Position numbers and translations under genes: made by a program. A stretch of DNA of 64,000 bases from Candidatus Coprovivens sp. (GTDB taxonomy: Bacteria; Bacillota_I; Bacilli_A; RF39; UBA660), in NCBI GenBank assembly GCA_051892935.1, contig JBJFGS010000036.1, positions 1 through 64,000 of the forward strand, in the 5' to 3' direction. Numbering within the stretch: position 1 is the stretch's first letter; every line of letters begins with the position of its first letter. The notes beneath the pieces are model-generated. The model ran no database searches and was not told the DNA's origin. It saw only the letters and a program-made list of their open reading frames with translations. Below, one piece after another: positions 9,933-21,586 of this stretch.

Positions 9933-12036
9933 CTTCATCAACCTTCACTATTTCAAAGTCAACCATTGAAGTTTCCTTAGAAGCCGAAACACACTTAACT
10001 CTGACTTTATCCCCCAAACGATACATCTTCTTAGTAGATTTACCAATCATACAAAGTAAATCTGGAACATATGTAAAATAATCACCTTTTAAAGTTTGAA
10101 CACGTACAAGTCCTTCAACCATATTAGACAACTGAACAAAGAACCCAAAGTTAGTAATTGTATCAATAACACCTTCAAATTCCTCTCCAATATGATCTTC
10201 CATATATTCTGCAACTTTCATATCAAATACATCTCGCTCTGCATCAACTGCTGCTACTTCTCTTTCACTAGAATGTTGAGCAATCTCTACTAAATTATTC
10301 TCTAGTGTTTGAATAGTTGTCATCGACATATCATTCTCAACTAAATACTTCTTAAGTAATCTATGTACTACCAAATCAGGATACCTTCTAATTGGACTAG
10401 TAAAATGAGTATAAGCTCTACTAGCTAATCCAAAATGTCCAATATTTTCTTTACTATACTCAGCTTTCCTCATACTTCGTAACAACAAACTTGATAGAAT
10501 TTCAAACTCTTTCTTATCTTTTAATTGATCCAAAATATTCTGCATTGACTTAGGAGTTAAATCATTAACATTTCCTCTTAATTTATAACCTAATATTTTA
10601 ACAAGAGTCATAAAATCATCAACTTTTTCTGGTTTAGGTACATCATGAATACGATAAATAAAAGGCAATTGCATATTATATATATGACTAGCTACAGTCT
10701 CATTAGCAGCAATCATAAAGTCCTCAATTAACATTTCGCCCTCTTCACGTACTCTTTTAACAACATCAATTGCTTTACCATTTTCATCCTGAACTATCTT
10801 TGCTTCATCTAAATCAAAATTAATATAACCACGACTATTCTTCTCTTTTCTAAGAATTAAATGTAATTCGTTCATTAACAATAAATCATCTTTAAATTCC
10901 TCATAATCAGGAGCAACTACATTTCTAACTATTACATCATTAACTTTTTTATATGTCATTTTTTTACGACTTCTTATATAACTTGGAAATATATCATAAT
11001 CAACAATCTTCCCTTTAGAATTTATTTCCATAACACAAGACATTGATAATCTAACAACGCCTTCATTTAAAGAACAAATACCATTAGATAACTTATGAGG
11101 TAACATAGGAATAACTGTATCTGCTAAATAAGAAGAAGTACCTCTTTCATAAGCAGCATCCCCTAAAGCTGTATTTTCTTTTACATAATGAGAAACATCA
11201 GCAATATGAACACCCAACTCATAATTACCATTAATTAACTTTTTAATTCCAATAGCATCGTCTATATCCTTAGTATCATCACCATCAATTGTAAAAATAA
11301 CATCTCCAGTTAAATCTCGACGATTAACTAAGTCTTTTGGATCTACTTCATTAGGTATATCAATCAATTCAGACTCAACATCATCACTAAATTCTTCATA
11401 TATACCATGTTTATAGGCAATCGTTAAAATATCTGTCCCAGGATCATTTTTATGTCCTATTATTTTTATAACCTCTGCTATATACTTATTCTTATTTACT
11501 TCTTTTAATATTCTAACTAAAACTTTATGACCCTCAACACAATCTTTTGTACTGTCCTTAGTTAATTCAATAGTAATTTTTTTCTTATCATCTTCTAAAT
11601 CTAAATAAGGATTACCTTTATCATCATAAAGAATTTCACCAACAACATCTTTTAAATCTCTTTTTATAACTCTAATTACTTTAGCTTCTTTTCTAACACC
11701 AGACATAAAGACTTCTGCCAAAACAATATCATCATGTATAGCTCCATTCATATTTTTGGAATCAACATATAAATCGTCTTCTTTTTCTAAAATAATAAAT
11801 CCAAAACCCTTTTTACTAACAGAAAGTTTTCCAATCTTCAATCCAGGGCAATTAGCTAACAAAATATATTTACCTTTTTTTGTATAAAAAACAAGATATT
11901 CATTAACTAATAATTCAAGTGTCTCCTGTAACTCCCTTAACTCATCACTAGATTTTAATCCTAATAAATCATTAATTTCAATTAACTCTTTAGCTTCATG
12001 AATATCTTTAAGTAATTCAAGCACTCTTTCTTTCAT
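9916..12036 (-). CDS. rnr: Ribonuclease R
   Basis: [34 protein letters not shown]-terminal S1 domain; secG-rnr-smpB synteny. Confidence 0.96.
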   Translation of the reverse strand: MKERVLELLKDIHEAKELIEINDLLGLKSSDELRELQETLELLVNEYLVFYTKKGKYILLANCPGLKIGKLSVSKKGFGFIILEKEDDLYVDSKNMNGAIHDDIVLAEVFMSGVRKEAKVIRVIKRDLKDVVGEILYDDKGNPYLDLEDDKKKITIELTKDSTKDCVEGHKVLVRILKEVNKNKYIAEVIKIIGHKNDPGTDILTIAYKHGIYEEFSDDVESELIDIPNEVDPKDLVNRRDLTGDVIFTIDGDDTKDIDDAIGIKKLINGNYELGVHIADVSHYVKENTALGDAAYERGTSSYLADTVIPMLPHKLSNGICSLNEGVVRLSMSCVMEINSKGKIVDYDIFPSYIRSRKKMTYKKVNDVIVRNVVAPDYEEFKDDLLLMNELHLILRKEKNSRGYINFDLDEAKIVQDENGKAIDVVKRVREEGEMLIEDFMIAANETVASHIYNMQLPFIYRIHDVPKPEKVDDFMTLVKILGYKLRGNVNDLTPKSMQNILDQLKDKKEFEILSSLLLRSMRKAEYSKENIGHFGLASRAYTHFTSPIRRYPDLVVHRLLKKYLVENDMSMTTIQTLENNLVEIAQHSSEREVAAVDAERDVFDMKVAEYMEDHIGEEFEGVIDTITNFGFFVQLSNMVEGLVRVQTLKGDYFTYVPDLLCMIGKSTKKMYRLGDKVRVKCVSASKETSMVDFEIVKVDEDGNKK

Positions 12037-12127
12037 ATTTAATCACCCTTTTTATATACTTATCATCCAATTATTAATATAACATAAAAAAGGTAAAATT
12101 AATAGTATTAAAAAAAGTCCTTACGGA

Positions 12128-12346
12128 CTATCTAACAAACAATATAAATGAAATTATAAAAAATGCAGCTCCCAACAAAATAGTAAGTCTAGTTATAAAC
12201 AACTCAACTCCACGTTCTTTTTGATTTTGGAATAAAACATCATTTCCTCCAGATATTATTTGACTAGAATCGCTAGCTTTATTACTTTGTAATAAAACAA
12301 TAGCAATTAATAAAATTGATACTACTAAAAGTGCTGTTTCTAACAT
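12128..12346 (-). CDS. secG: Preprotein translocase subunit SecG
   Basis: Two TM helices, VLLQ..K, LF..QKERG; synteny. Confidence 0.92.
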   Translation of the reverse strand: MLETALLVVSILLIAIVLLQSNKASDSSQIISGGNDVLFQNQKERGVELFITRLTILLGAAFFIISFILFVR

Positions 12347-12421
12347 AAAATCACTTCCATTCCAATATCTAATTTAACATATTATATTAAATAAATCAAG
12401 AAAAAAAGGCATAAAGCCTTA

Positions 12422-12991
12422 TTATTTAAACATACTCAAAATATAACTAGCCCTTTTTCTAAATAACATACAAGTTAAAATATCAAACAATCCACCACAA
12501 ATGATAAATAATCCAACTAATCTTGAAATAACCATAAACAACTGAAATGGATTCAATACAGAAAGAACAGCCATTACAAAAAACAAAATTGATATGAAAG
12601 TAACCAACGGATAAATATCTTCTTGTTTCTTATAAAAAAGAACACCATAATATAATTTTTCTCCACCAGAAATAAATAGCCAAATACAAAACAATATACC
12701 TAAAACAGACAAAGGATCAAAAGTATTAAAAATAGTAAACACTCCTAATATTATAGAAGCAACACCTGCAATCAAATCTACAGAAAATACTTTTTTACCT
12801 AATCCATCATATAAGTATCTAATAACATAAAATAATCCGTGTACTAAAATAGTAGCCCCTAAAATTACCATATTTACTTTAGTTGAAAAAGAAGTACAAA
12901 CAATAAACAATACTCCTACAATTACATCAATTAAAGAAACTCCCATAGAAATCAGCATCATTTTTTCAAATCTATTTGTTATTTTACGCAT
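12422..12991 (-). CDS. DUF308/HdeD-like multi-pass membrane protein
   Basis: Six hydrophobic helices with repeated G-x-x-x-I...NP pattern. Confidence 0.65.
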   Translation of the reverse strand: MRKITNRFEKMMLISMGVSLIDVIVGVLFIVCTSFSTKVNMVILGATILVHGLFYVIRYLYDGLGKKVFSVDLIAGVASIILGVFTIFNTFDPLSVLGILFCIWLFISGGEKLYYGVLFYKKQEDIYPLVTFISILFFVMAVLSVLNPFQLFMVISRLVGLFIICGGLFDILTCMLFRKRASYILSMFK

Positions 12992-13091
12992 TCTAATACA
13001 CCTCTAGTATAATTTTAAAACATAAATAAACATATTGCAATATTTTTTAGATATGATATAATATCCTCTTATTTAAAGAAAGGGGTATAAT

Positions 13092-14345
13092 ATGAAACTC
13101 AAAAATCTGTCAATTTTTGAATTTGATGAATATGCAAAAAATCATCCTCTTGGTAGTTATCATCAAAGTTCAAGTTATGCCCTTTTTATGTCTGAACAGG
13201 GATTTGAATATGACTTATTAGGATATGTTGACGATACAGGGAATATAAAAGCAGCTTCTTTAATTCTTTATAAAAAGCTTGGAATGTTTAATAGATATGG
13301 TTATGCTCCAAAAGGTTTCTTAATAGATTATTATGATACCAATCTTTTAAAAGACTTTACTAAAGCATTAAAAAAACACTACTATAATAAAAACTTTGCT
13401 TTTATCAAATTTAATCCGGAAATATCAATTGGAACAGTAGACTACAAACACAAAATAGTTACTTATAATAAAAATCAAATAATAGATAGTACATTACGTG
13501 GTCTTAATTGTCGTAAACTAGAAGGAAATATAAGATTTGAAACAAAACTTCCTAAATATAATGCCGTTCAAATACTAAAAAATACCAATTTAAGGACAAT
13601 AACAAAAAATACAAGAAATAAAGTTAATAAAGGCATTAAAAACGGATTATCTTTAGTAAAAGGAAAAAGAGAAGACTTAGACATACTATTTAAGTTTATT
13701 AAAAATAAAAAAGATTATCCAATCTATCATTATTACAATTACTACAATGCCTTTTCTAAAAACAAAGATATGGACATATTCTTAGTAAAAATAAATTATG
13801 AGGATTGTTTAATTAATTTAAGAGAAAAATTTGAAAAAGAAAACAACAACAATATCTCATTAACTGAAAAAGTAATGAGAAATCCTAGTAATGAAAATCT
13901 AAAAAGAAAGTTAAATTCTGATATTTCATTAAACACATATAAAGAAAGCATAGCAATAGCTACAAGAAACTTAGCAAATAATAAAGAAGAATATATTGCT
14001 GGAGCTATTACCATAAAATACAAAAACCGTGTAAATATATTAATAAGTGGATATAATTTAAATTTTAAAAGATTCAGTCCTAATTACTTCCTTCATTACA
14101 AACTTATCGAATACTACAAAAACGATTTCGACTTTATGGATTTAAATGGTATAACAGGTGACTTTACTGATACAAATCCATACAAAGGACTAGATGAATT
14201 TAAATTAGGATTTAAACCTCTTACCTTTGAATATATAGGTGAATATGATTTTATTATAAATGATGGCTTATACAAAAGTATGGAACAAAGTGGACAACTA
14301 GCTAAAGAATTTAAAAGAAAAGAAAAAAGTATTAGTGAAAACTAA
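13092..14345 (+). CDS. FemAB/FemX/MurM family peptidoglycan bridge aminoacyltransferase
   Basis: YHQSS, YAPKGFLIDY, FIKFNP, GITGDF, GL..FKLGF....EYIGEYD. Confidence 0.9.
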   Translation: MKLKNLSIFEFDEYAKNHPLGSYHQSSSYALFMSEQGFEYDLLGYVDDTGNIKAASLILYKKLGMFNRYGYAPKGFLIDYYDTNLLKDFTKALKKHYYNKNFAFIKFNPEISIGTVDYKHKIVTYNKNQIIDSTLRGLNCRKLEGNIRFETKLPKYNAVQILKNTNLRTITKNTRNKVNKGIKNGLSLVKGKREDLDILFKFIKNKKDYPIYHYYNYYNAFSKNKDMDIFLVKINYEDCLINLREKFEKENNNNISLTEKVMRNPSNENLKRKLNSDISLNTYKESIAIATRNLANNKEEYIAGAITIKYKNRVNILISGYNLNFKRFSPNYFLHYKLIEYYKNDFDFMDLNGITGDFTDTNPYKGLDEFKLGFKPLTFEYIGEYDFIINDGLYKSMEQSGQLAKEFKRKEKSISEN

Positions 14346-14351
14346 TACTTT

Positions 14352-15977
14352 TTAACTGCCATAAATCTCTAGTTTACAAATCTGTTCTCTATTATTGTAA
14401 TAAATGCTTTGTAACTCATAAACATGTTCATTGATATCCTTAATAATATTTAAATAATCACTTTTACCTTCGTGAGTTAAAATCGCAATTACATAAGGAT
14501 GCTCATCATAAACAATACCTATATCATGATAATAATAACTATATTCACCATATTTATGTGCAGCAGAAATTCCTAAATCACTAAACTCTAATCCATTTTG
14601 TTCTGCTCCAACAAAATAAGATTGTAACTCCTTACCCAACTCACCATTTTCATTAATAAAATCATTTATTGCTTTCATATATATAATAGCATCAGCTACA
14701 GAAATACTTCCAAAATTATCTAAACCATCTAAAGTATAGAGTGCACCTAAGCTACGTCCAAAATTCTTTAAATTGTCTTTACCTATATAAGAAACCAACA
14801 TTTGATGAGCGGTATTATCACTAACAGTAATAGCATATTTAACAAGATTTCTAATACTCACCTTATCTCCGTAGTTATATTTACTCATCTCTTTACTAGA
14901 ACCCCACTTATATTTACTAGAGTAAGTCATAGTATCATCCAAATCAATCTCTCCATTTATTGCTTTAGTATAAATATATAAAGCATCTAAAGATTTGATA
15001 GTACTTGCAGCATAATATACGACATCTTCATTATAAGAGTACGAAAAACCAGTCTCCAACTCTTCATACATAACAGAAACATCATAATTGCTTTTCAAAT
15101 ATTCATTAAGTCTTTCAACAGCTAAAATTACATCTCCAGAATTATCATCATCACTATAATCTCTTTTTAAACATTCATCATATAACTGTGGTCTATTATC
15201 TACAGTTTCTTGTTTTTTAAAATTGGTCATAAACTCGATATCATCGTCTTTATTGACTCCAAACATAACAAAAATTATTACAACAAAAATTAAAATAAGA
15301 AATATACATGAAAAAGACATAAATACTTTACTATTTAAGAAATTTATTTTATCAATACGTTTAGTTTCAACAGGAATATTACCTTCATCACTGGTTTTAT
15401 CTTCAATCTTATTTAACTCATCAAATTCCTCAATAGCTTTTCCTAACTGCTTTAACAGCTTCTTATTATTTAAATCAATATTATCTTCATCAAATATGAT
15501 TTCACGAGTAATAATATTTTTATCATACGTTTCTACTTTTTTATTATCATCAGATAAATCTAAATTTAGATTAACACTACTATTTTGAACTTGATATTTT
15601 TCTTCGAAAGAATCAACACTATTAACTGAAGATGAATTATCAACTTGTACTTTTGAGTCTTCACTTATAACACTCTTTTTTTTCTTTACATTTCTCTTAG
15701 CTTTTATTAAATCATATAATTCATCACTAGATAATTCTTCATTAAAATCATTAACTTTTTTAGAAAAACCATTATTTTTTTCAGAACTATTCTTATTAAT
15801 AGAACCACTCTTTTTTTCATGAGTATTATTGATAGTTTTATTCTTTTTCTTAGCTAATATTTGTTCCATCAATTCATCACTAGACAAATCAGAAGCAGGA
15901 ATTTTTCTTTTAGACACTTTTCGTACTTTAGAAGTATTAGATGTCTTTTTTTGGGCTGTTTTCTTAACTTCCTCCAT
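14352..15977 (-). CDS. Membrane-anchored serine hydrolase (class A beta-lactamase-like fold) with long cytoplasmic N-terminus
   Basis: AASTIK (SxxK), SDN, HKYG; TM helix at about residues 218-240. Confidence 0.82.
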   Translation of the reverse strand: MEEVKKTAQKKTSNTSKVRKVSKRKIPASDLSSDELMEQILAKKKNKTINNTHEKKSGSINKNSSEKNNGFSKKVNDFNEELSSDELYDLIKAKRNVKKKKSVISEDSKVQVDNSSSVNSVDSFEEKYQVQNSSVNLNLDLSDDNKKVETYDKNIITREIIFDEDNIDLNNKKLLKQLGKAIEEFDELNKIEDKTSDEGNIPVETKRIDKINFLNSKVFMSFSCIFLILIFVVIIFVMFGVNKDDDIEFMTNFKKQETVDNRPQLYDECLKRDYSDDDNSGDVILAVERLNEYLKSNYDVSVMYEELETGFSYSYNEDVVYYAASTIKSLDALYIYTKAINGEIDLDDTMTYSSKYKWGSSKEMSKYNYGDKVSIRNLVKYAITVSDNTAHQMLVSYIGKDNLKNFGRSLGALYTLDGLDNFGSISVADAIIYMKAINDFINENGELGKELQSYFVGAEQNGLEFSDLGISAAHKYGEYSYYYHDIGIVYDEHPYVIAILTHEGKSDYLNIIKDINEHVYELQSIYYNNREQICKLEIYGS

Positions 15978-16067
15978 ACAATCACCTATAAATTATTATA
16001 ACCAATTTTAACAATAAAAAAAAGTGAAATAAATTTCACCTTTTTAATTTGACACTTTATTACTAAA

Positions 16068-17237
16068 TTATTTAATAATTTCAGTAACAACACCAGCACC
16101 AACAGTACGTCCACCTTCACGAATAGAGAATTTAGTACCATTTTCAAGAGCAACTGGAGCTATTAATTCTACTGTCATATCTACATTATCACCAGGCATA
16201 ACCATTTCAACACCTTCAGGAAGTGTAATTACACCAGTAACATCAGTAGTTCTGAAATAGAATTGTGGTCTGTAGTTTGCAAAGAATGGAGTATGACGTC
16301 CGCCTTCTTCTTTACTTAATACATAAACAGAACCTTTGAAGTTTGTATGTGGAGTAACTGTTCCAGGTTTAGCTAGAACTTGTCCTCTTTCAACTTGATC
16401 TCTAGAAATACCACGTAGTAATGCACCAGCATTATCACCAGCGATAGCTGAATCTAGTGATTTTCTAAACATTTCGATACCAGTAACAACAGTTTTTTGA
16501 GTTTCTCTTAAACCAACGATTTCAACTTCATCATTAAGTTTTAATTCACCACGTTCAACACGTCCAGTAACAACTGTACCACGTCCTGAAATAGTAAATA
16601 CGTCTTCGATACTCATTAAGAAAGGTTTATCAGTATCACGAACTGGTAGATCTATATAAGAATCTACAGCTGCCATTAAATCTTTAATAGCTTGAACATC
16701 TGATTCATTTCCTTCAAGAGCTTTAAGAGCAGAACCTCTAACAATTGGGCATCCATCGCCATCGAAATTATATTCATTTAATAATTCACGGATTTCCATT
16801 TCAACTAAGTCTAATAATTCTGGATCATCAACTTGGTCACATTTATTCATGAATACAACAATTTTTGGAACACCAACTTGACGAGCAAGTAAGATATGTT
16901 CACGAGTTTGAGGCATTGGTCCATCTGCAGCAGAAACTACAAGGATAGCACCATCCATTTGAGCAGCACCAGTAATCATATTCTTAACATAGTCAGCATG
17001 TCCTGGGCAATCAACGTGAGCATAGTGACGAGTTTCAGTCTCATACTCAACGTGAGCAGTATTAATAGTAATACCTCTTTCTCTTTCTTCTGGAGCTTTG
17101 TCGATATCAGCATAATCAACAAATTGTCCAAAATATTTTGTGATAGCAGCTGTTAATGTAGTTTTACCATGGTCAACGTGTCCAATAGTACCAATATTAA
17201 CGTGTGCTTTAGAACGGTCAAATTTTTCTTTTGCCAT
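16068..17237 (-). CDS. tuf: Elongation factor Tu
   Basis: [25 protein letters not shown]. Confidence 0.99.
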   Translation of the reverse strand: MAKEKFDRSKAHVNIGTIGHVDHGKTTLTAAITKYFGQFVDYADIDKAPEERERGITINTAHVEYETETRHYAHVDCPGHADYVKNMITGAAQMDGAILVVSAADGPMPQTREHILLARQVGVPKIVVFMNKCDQVDDPELLDLVEMEIRELLNEYNFDGDGCPIVRGSALKALEGNESDVQAIKDLMAAVDSYIDLPVRDTDKPFLMSIEDVFTISGRGTVVTGRVERGELKLNDEVEIVGLRETQKTVVTGIEMFRKSLDSAIAGDNAGALLRGISRDQVERGQVLAKPGTVTPHTNFKGSVYVLSKEEGGRHTPFFANYRPQFYFRTTDVTGVITLPEGVEMVMPGDNVDMTVELIAPVALENGTKFSIREGGRTVGAGVVTEIIK

Positions 17238-17307
17238 TATATTTCTCCTCCTTTTATATATACATACATATTTTATCTAATGCTTGAATTATTTTCAAGT
17301 ATTATTT

Positions 17308-19380
17308 TTATTGAGCGCTGTTTTTCTTAATTATTTCTTCAGCGATAGATTTTGGAACTTCTTCATAATGGTCTTTTTCCATTTGGAAAGTTCCACGACC
17401 TTGTGTATTACTTCTTAAATCAGTAGCATATCCAAACATTTCTGAAAGTGGAACCATTGCTATAATTCTTAAAGTATTACCAATAGATTCTTGACCTAGT
17501 GGACGTCCACGTCTACTAGTTAAATCTCCCATAACATTTCCCATATATTCATCTGGAACATCAACAACAACTTTCATTATTGGTTCAAGAAGAACTGGCT
17601 TACATTTATTTTTAGCTTCTTTTAATGCCAAGCTAGCAGCAATCTTAAATGCCATTTCTGATGAGTCTACATCATGATAAGAACCATCAAATAATGTAGC
17701 CTTAACATCAACCATTGGATAACCAGCAAGGATACCACCAGCTAAAGCTTCTTGTAATCCTTTATCTGTAACTGGAATATATTCACGAGGAACAACTCCA
17801 CCAACGATAGCATCAACAAATTCATAACCTTTATCTTTATTTGGCTCAAATTTAATCCATACATGACCATATTGTCCACGACCACCAGATTGTTTAATAT
17901 ACTTACCTTCACAATCAGCAGCAACAGTAATAGTTTCACGATAAGCAACTTGTGGTTTACCTTTATTAACTTCAACGTTAAATTCACGTCTCATACGATC
18001 AACAATAATATCTAAGTGTAATTCACCCATACCAGAAAGAACAGTTTGTCCTGTTTCAGCATCAGTTTTTACTCTTAAAGTTGGATCTTCTTCAACTAAT
18101 TTTTGAATAGCTATAGCCATTTTATCTTGATCATTTTTACTCTTAGCTTCAATTGCTATATCAATAACTGGTTCTGGGAATTCCATACCTTTCATAATAC
18201 AGAATGAATTTTCAGCACATAATGTATCGGCTGTAGTAGTATTCTTTAATCCTACTGCAGCAGCAATTTCACCTGCATAAACTTCTGTAATTTCTTTTCT
18301 TTGATTAGCATGCATTTGTAAAATACGACCAATTCTTTCTTTTTCACCCTTAGTAGAGTTTAAAACATAAGAACCACTCTTTAATACGCCAGAGTAAACT
18401 CTGAAGAATGATAAGCGTCCAACAAATGGATCAGTCATAATCTTGAATGCTAAAGCGGTAAATGGTTCAGAATCACTTGGATGTCTTAAAACATCATTAC
18501 CATTCTTATCAGTACATACTATAGCTTCAACATCAGTTGGAGCTGGTAAATAATCGATAATTGCATCTAATAATGGTTTAATACCTTGATTACTTAATGC
18601 ATCAGCACATAATACAGGGAAGAATTCTACAGATAATGTAGCTTTTCTTATTGCACTCTTTAATTCAGCTTCAGTAAGTTCTTCGCCTTCTAAGTATTTT
18701 TCCATTAATTCATCATCAAATTCGACAACAGCTTCAATTAATTTTGTTCTATATTCTTTTGCTTTTTCAACCATATCAGCTGGAATCTCAATTTCCTCAG
18801 CATTTTCATGCTCAGAGCCATCGAATTTATATGCTTTCATTGTAACTAAGTTAACAACTCCACAGAATTCAGATTCAGCACCAATAGGTAATTCGATAGC
18901 AGCAGCATTAGCTCCTAATCTATCTTTAATAGTTCCTAAACTATAATAAAAATCAGCGCCTAATTTAGCCATTTTATTAGCACAAATCATTCTAGGAACT
19001 TTATATTCATTGGCTTGACGCCATACTGTTTCAGTTTGAGGTTCAACACCAGCTTGAGCATCAATAAGTGCAACAGCACCATCTAATACTCTTAAAGACC
19101 TTTGAACTTCAATTGTAAAGTCTACGTGACCAGGAGTATCAATGATATTTAATCTATATCCCTTCCAGTGAGCAGTAGTTGCTGCACTAGTTATAGTGAT
19201 ACCACGTTCTTTTTCTTGCTCCATCCAGTCCATTTGAGATTCACCATCATGAGTCTCTCCAATTTTATGAGTTATACCTGTATGGAAAAGAATTCTCTCA
19301 GTAGTAGTAGTTTTACCAGCATCAATATGAGCCATAATACCAATATTACGAATTTTATCTATTGTAACATCTCTTGCCAT
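17308..19380 (-). CDS. fusA: Elongation factor G (variant G4/G5 motifs)
   Basis: [33 protein letters not shown]; str operon synteny. Confidence 0.98.
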   Translation of the reverse strand: MARDVTIDKIRNIGIMAHIDAGKTTTTERILFHTGITHKIGETHDGESQMDWMEQEKERGITITSAATTAHWKGYRLNIIDTPGHVDFTIEVQRSLRVLDGAVALIDAQAGVEPQTETVWRQANEYKVPRMICANKMAKLGADFYYSLGTIKDRLGANAAAIELPIGAESEFCGVVNLVTMKAYKFDGSEHENAEEIEIPADMVEKAKEYRTKLIEAVVEFDDELMEKYLEGEELTEAELKSAIRKATLSVEFFPVLCADALSNQGIKPLLDAIIDYLPAPTDVEAIVCTDKNGNDVLRHPSDSEPFTALAFKIMTDPFVGRLSFFRVYSGVLKSGSYVLNSTKGEKERIGRILQMHANQRKEITEVYAGEIAAAVGLKNTTTADTLCAENSFCIMKGMEFPEPVIDIAIEAKSKNDQDKMAIAIQKLVEEDPTLRVKTDAETGQTVLSGMGELHLDIIVDRMRREFNVEVNKGKPQVAYRETITVAADCEGKYIKQSGGRGQYGHVWIKFEPNKDKGYEFVDAIVGGVVPREYIPVTDKGLQEALAGGILAGYPMVDVKATLFDGSYHDVDSSEMAFKIAASLALKEAKNKCKPVLLEPIMKVVVDVPDEYMGNVMGDLTSRRGRPLGQESIGNTLRIIAMVPLSEMFGYATDLRSNTQGRGTFQMEKDHYEEVPKSIAEEIIKKNSAQ

Positions 19381-19392
19381 ATATTTATTCTC

Positions 19393-19860
19393 CTACCATC
19401 TATAATGAGCAAATGCTTTATTAGCTTCAGCCATTTTGTGAGTATCTTCACGTTTCTTAACAGCTCCACCTACACCATTTGCAGCATCCATTATTTCATT
19501 AGCTAAATTAATAGCCATTCCTTTTCCGTTTCTAGTCTTAGCATAATTAACTAACCATCTTAAAGCTAGAGCTTGACTTCTTTCATCAGTAACTTCAATA
19601 GGAACTTGAACATTTGAACCACCAACTCTTCTAGATTTAACTTCTAAAAGTGGTTTAATATTTTCTAAAGCTTTTGTATAAACTTCCATTGGTTCTTCAC
19701 CAGTTTTTTCTTTAATTATATCGAAAGCTTCGTACAAAATTCTTTCAGCTGTACCTTTTTTACCATCTTGCATAATTTGATTAATTAACTTAGTAACAAC
19801 TTTTGAATTATATATAGGATCTGGTAATACATCTCTTTTAACTGCACGTCTCTTACGCAT
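19393..19860 (-). CDS. rpsG: 30S ribosomal protein S7
   Basis: [23 protein letters not shown]. Confidence 0.99.
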   Translation of the reverse strand: MRKRRAVKRDVLPDPIYNSKVVTKLINQIMQDGKKGTAERILYEAFDIIKEKTGEEPMEVYTKALENIKPLLEVKSRRVGGSNVQVPIEVTDERSQALALRWLVNYAKTRNGKGMAINLANEIMDAANGVGGAVKKREDTHKMAEANKAFAHYRW

Positions 19861-19897
19861 ATTTATCTCTCCTTCCTTATTTTTTTATAATATCAAA

Positions 19898-20308
19898 CTA
19901 CTTAGGTCTCTTAGTACCATATTTAGAACGACTTTGTTTTCTATTATTAACACCTTGAGTATCAAGTGTTCCACGAATAATGTGATAACGAACACCGATT
20001 AAGTCTTTAACACGACCGCCTCTTATTAATACAACACTATGTTCTTGTAAGTTATGTCCTTCTCCTGGAATATAAGTATCAACTTCTCTTCCGTTTGATA
20101 ATCTAACACGAGCATACTTTCTTAAAGCTGAGTTAGGTTTCTTTGGAGTACGAGTACCAACCTTAGTACAAACACCTCTTTTTTGTGGACTATTTTGAAC
20201 AGTAGCTTTTCTTTCTTTACTGTTAAAACCAACATTTAAAACAGGGCTCTTACTTTTTCTAGTTTTATCTTTTCTGTTTTTTCTAACTAATTGATTAATA
20301 GTTGTCAT
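19898..20308 (-). CDS. rpsL: 30S ribosomal protein S12
   Basis: [26 protein letters not shown]. Confidence 0.99.
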   Translation of the reverse strand: MTTINQLVRKNRKDKTRKSKSPVLNVGFNSKERKATVQNSPQKRGVCTKVGTRTPKKPNSALRKYARVRLSNGREVDTYIPGEGHNLQEHSVVLIRGGRVKDLIGVRYHIIRGTLDTQGVNNRKQSRSKYGTKRPK

Positions 20309-20311
20309 ATA

Positions 20312-20390
20312 GTTCCTCCTCTCATATACACACTTCCTGGTGTATCGAATAATCCATTAAATCAGGTTCTACCTAAGCAGAACCACAATT
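20312..20390 (-). promoter_or_regulatory. Structured rpsL 5' leader
   Basis: Minus strand hairpin GGTTCTG-cttagg-TAGAACC, then CACCAGGAAGTGTG (similar to Bacilli rpsL leader motif CACCTGGATGTGTG) just before RBS GAGGAGG. Confidence 0.45.
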
Positions 20391-20477
20391 TAAAATGCAA
20401 ACATAATATATCATTTTACATTGATAATGTCAATATTTTTTATTTAAAAAAATTAAAATAATGAGAAATGAATCTCA

Positions 20478-20996
20478 CTATTTATAATCACTATAACCTT
20501 TAGTAGTATATTTATCACAATTAATATAAGAATTAACAACATAATCTTCGTTTTTATCATCATAGTAAACAAGAGAAAAACCGGTACAACTATTATCTTT
20601 AATAGCTGAATCATAAACATAATTGTCTTCTCTTAAAAAATCCAAATCTAATTTTAATTTATTCTCCTTAACTGGATATAAAGAATTCGAAGTAACATAA
20701 TCTAAAGCACCAGAACTAATCGCATTTTCTGTATCAATATAGTCTTGTAAAAAAACTTTATTACTATTACTCAATAATATTAACGAAATAATTAATATAA
20801 AAATAACTAACCACACATAAACTATATACCTTGTTTTAGATGGCAAAGACATAAATTTTTTCCAAAGTTCCTTAAACCAATTCACTATTTTTTTTAATAA
20901 CCTGGTAAAAACAATTTTCATTTTCTTCAAAATACTTTTTTTCTTACTTGAACTATTCTTTACTTTTTTAGTCGCATTTCCTTCCACATTAACCAT
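20478..20996 (-). CDS. Membrane-anchored pilin-like (ComG-like) protein
   Basis: TM helix plus C-terminal domain CTGF...YINC.KY.T.GY shared with the neighbouring prepilin-like gene. Confidence 0.5.
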   Translation of the reverse strand: MVNVEGNATKKVKNSSSKKKSILKKMKIVFTRLLKKIVNWFKELWKKFMSLPSKTRYIVYVWLVIFILIISLILLSNSNKVFLQDYIDTENAISSGALDYVTSNSLYPVKENKLKLDLDFLREDNYVYDSAIKDNSCTGFSLVYYDDKNEDYVVNSYINCDKYTTKGYSDYK

Positions 20997-21009
20997 TATT
21001 TATTCCTCC

Positions 21010-21477
21010 TTAATATCCTTCAGTTATATAATTTTCACAATTAATATATGGCCTTATGACATATTCCCCATCGGCACCTAAATACGAATTACTATACCCA
21101 GTACAAATATTATTATTGTTTTGATCATAAATAGCGCTTGTATATCCCAAATTAACTAGAGTTTCTAAAGTTGTCTTTAATATTTGATTACTTAATTCGT
21201 AATTATAATCATTTAAATAATTAAGTGTAGCGTTTTTTATTTTCAATTCCATATTATTATAATATGTATAATCAACAATTACATCTTGAGGCTTTTGAGT
21301 ATTTACATTTTCATTTACTTGTTGTTGTACTTCATTATTAATATTATTAGCATTGCTTGTATTCAAGCCATCATATAAATAATTAATATTATATGTTGCT
21401 ATTAACAAAAAAAACAAAATAACACATCCATAAATAATCATATCTTTATAACCCCATCCATGATTATTTAGTTTCAT
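21010..21477 (-). CDS. Prepilin-like protein
   Basis: MKLNNHG|WGYKD followed by a hydrophobic helix (variant class III signal); two Cys in the C-terminal domain; RBS GGAGG. Confidence 0.55.
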   Translation of the reverse strand: MKLNNHGWGYKDMIIYGCVILFFLLIATYNINYLYDGLNTSNANNINNEVQQQVNENVNTQKPQDVIVDYTYYNNMELKIKNATLNYLNDYNYELSNQILKTTLETLVNLGYTSAIYDQNNNNICTGYSNSYLGADGEYVIRPYINCENYITEGY

Positions 21478-21586
21478 CCGTAAAACGCCTCCACCTCTAC
21501 ATATCATTATAATACAATTTAATTATATTTACTAGTTTGATATCAAAAAAAAACAACATAAAGTTGTTTTTTTGCTCAATATTGAA

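Noticed and set aside
14352-15100. Antibiotic-resistance beta-lactamase
   Set aside because: Membrane-anchored, HKYG rather than KTG and no clear omega-loop Glu; more likely a cell-wall hydrolase.
17095-17150. Short EF-Tu helix AITKYFGQ resembling alphaproteobacterial EF-Tu
   Set aside because: The rest of the protein and the synteny are Firmicute-like; probably a convergent deletion.
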